A DNA stretch of 64,000 bases from Spizellomyces punctatus DAOM BR117 (Eukaryota): NCBI GenBank assembly GCA_000182565.2, contig KQ257453.1; one strand, 5' to 3'. The notes beneath the pieces were generated by a model. That model did no database searches. It saw nothing but the letters and a program-made list of their open reading frames with translations, and was not told where the DNA came from. Position 1 is the stretch's first letter, and each line of letters begins with the position of its first letter. This document shows, one piece after another, positions 61,551 through 64,000 of the stretch. The position numbers and the translations under genes are program-made.

Positions 61551-64000
61551 TTAAGCTCCCTTCTGGGCTAGGAACTCCTTCAAGATTTCTCTGCCATGGG
61601 GTAGGAGGTTTTCTTCTGGTTCCCAGGTGTTCTGAGAGGAGGGATAGCCTTTCCACTTGATGAGGTAGAGATTCTTCTTCCTTCTGGTCTTGTGGTCAAG
61701 AATCTTCTCAACTTCCCAAAACTCTTATCCTTGCTGGATAATTGGCTCAGGCTCAGGGGGTACTGGTCTGGTAGGGAAGTCCTCTGTGGGGTCCAAGTAA
61801 GGCTTGAGGAGTCTCACATGGAACACTGGATGAATCTTCATGGTGCTGGGGAGCTCCAGGGTGTAATTCTGAAATTCATCCTTGGCCTTGATTCTGTAAG
61901 GTCCAAGCCAGGGGTGAAGAAGTTTCTGGGCTGGCCTCTGGGCTTCTTCTTCTGGGGTGATACCTTCTCTAGATAGCCAAACTTTGGAGCCTAAGGGGTA
62001 GCTTGGGGCCTTGCTGAGAGACTTGTTGGCTTGCTGAACTTGTCTTTCTTGGGCCAGTATCATGTTATCCTTGGCTACTTGAAGCAGTTGCTGAATATAC
62101 TGGTGGAAGTCTGTTGCTTCAGGATCATTGCTTTCTCCTGGTGGTGTTGCTGGGGTCCTGGGATGCTGGCCATTCTCCAAGTAGAATGGGGTAAAGCCTG
62201 TGGTTTCTGAGATACTGTTGTTGTAGGCAAACTCAGCAAAGGGTACAAGATCTTCCCAATTCTTCATGTTGTACTGCAGGAAAGCTCTCAGGTAGATCTT
62301 CAAAGTCTTGATGGTTCTCTCTGCCTGTCCATTGGTCTGCTGGTGCCTTGCAGTGGCTAGGAGGGTGTTGCAGCCTAAGAGTTGCATCAAGTTGGACCAG
62401 AATGAACTGGTGAACTTGGTGTCTCTATCAGATACAATCACTTCTGGGAGGCCATGGTGCTTGAAGATGTGCTTCAAGAAGAGCAGGGCCAGGTCCTTGG
62501 CTGAGGCTCTGGTGGTGGTAGGGATGAAGTGGCCTCTCTTTGACAATCTGTCAACAATGACAAAGATGGCATTGTGATCAGAGGAAGTCACAGGTAGGTC
62601 AGGGATCAGGTCAATGGAAATCTGGCTCCATCTGGTCTTAGGTACTGGGAGGGGCTGCAGCAAGCCTGCTGGTGGTTGCTGACTAGGTTTGCTTCTCTGG
62701 CAGGAATCACAAGACTTGACATACTTCTTAATGTCCTTGTACATCCTTGGCCAGTAGTAATGCCTTGCTAGGGCATCATGGGTCTTGGTGATGCCAAAGT
62801 GTCCAGCATACTGAGTGTCATGGGTTTCTTGGAGTAGGCTCAACCTTAGGTCTGGGTCACTAGGAACAAAAATCCTGTCCTGGAAATAGAGTAACCCATC
62901 TTGATGGCTGAGGTATTTGAGCCTTTGTTGCTGGTCTTCTGGTCTCCTGGGGTCATCCAAAGTTTGGATGAGCTCTTGAAGTTCTGGGTCTTCTGTGGTA
63001 CTGGTCTTCAATCTCTCTTGAAGGGTGCTGGTGGTGTGGGTCACAGCATTCAACTCTGCTGTCACCAAGGCCTTGCACTTGATGCATCTTGGGGCCAGGT
63101 CTGGTCTTCTAGACAGGATGTCTGCCACTGTGTGGAGTCTTCCTGGGCCATAGCCAATCTCAAAGTCAAAAGATTGGAAATTCATGACCCATCTGGCTTG
63201 TCTTCTGGTCAAGAAGGGCTGGTTCTGTAGCCACTTGAGGGACTGGTGGTCTGAGATAACTTTGAAGGGGGTTCCTTCCAGGTAGGGCCTCCAAACTCTG
63301 AGGGCATCATGGATGGCTAACAGCTCTTGTTCTCTGGTGTCATATCTGGTCTCTGCTGGAGCCATCTTCCTGGAGTGGTAGGCAACTGGTCTCATGCCTT
63401 TCCCATCATCCTGTCCAAGCCATGCTCCAACTGCATAGCCTGAGGCATCAGGGAAGACAGTGGTAGGCAAGGCTGGGTCAAAGGGTCTGAGTACAGGGGC
63501 TTTGGTGACCATATCCTTCAGCTGCTGAAAAGCTTTCTCCTGAGGTTCAGACCAGGTCCAGGGCTTGTCATTTCTCAACAGGTCTGTCAATGGTGCAGCT
63601 TGCTCTGCCAGGTCCTTCAGAAAGCTATGGAAGTAGTTCACCAGGCCCATGAACTGTCTGACTTCAGTGATGCTCTGAGGGGTGGGCCATTCTTGAACAG
63701 TCTGCACTTTCTTGGGGTCAAGCCTGACTCCTTCATGTGAGACTACATGGCCAAGAAACTCTACTTCTTGCTTGAAGAACTGGCACTTGCTGGGGTTGGC
63801 ATACAGCTTGTTCTGCCTGAGGGCTTGCAGAACCTGCTTGAGGTGGTCCAGGTGATCTTCTGGGGTCTTGGAGTAGATGAGGATGTCATCTAGGTAGACA
63901 ATAACAAAGATGTCCAAGAAGGGTCTAAGGACATCATTCATCAAAGTCATGAAAGTGGCTGGGGCATTGGTCATTCCAAAGGACCTGACCAGGAACTCAA
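61551..64000 (-). CDS. pol: Gypsy pol (RT, RNase H, integrase, chromodomain) with one in-frame TAA at 61725-61727
   Basis: [55 protein letters not shown] triad; WLGPYRI; after the stop [28 protein letters not shown]. Confidence 0.93.

Larger units (their letters stand above)
61045..64000 (-). mobile_element. Ty3/Gypsy chromovirus LTR retrotransposon (5' part outside window)
   Basis: pol order RT-RNaseH-IN-chromodomain, then PPT and LTR. Confidence 0.95.

Overview
Eukaryotic, gene-dense, intron-rich genomic DNA (short ~50-80 nt GT-AG introns). Gene content suggests a fungus, probably an early-diverging chytrid-like lineage (inference). About 20 protein-coding genes are supported: GPI-anchored secreted protein, Myb-like protein, CDC14, METTL25-like, vWA protein, DHX37/DHR1, RasGEF-PH, MRPL20, SH3-DH-PH GEF, phospholipase D, Nrp1-like exonuclease-RRM-ZnF, two RGS-type genes, Sel1-repeat protein, SDHAF3, Scm3-like and alanine aminotransferase, plus tRNA-Gly(GCC). 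Two accessory zones stand out. (1) At ~19-24.4 kb, an intact six-exon PD-(D/E)XK nuclease-like gene is followed directly by a 7-copy structured repeat array with alternating A/B linkers and tRNA/Pol III A-box-like cores, next to a decayed PIF/Harbinger transposase and the tRNA. (2) From ~58.8 kb to the end I found no CpG by eye; this domain holds a near-intact chromovirus (Ty3/Gypsy) inserted in opposite orientation into a related LTR. Multi-exon coordinates are whole-gene spans inferred by eye; protein family calls come from motif recognition, not database searches.
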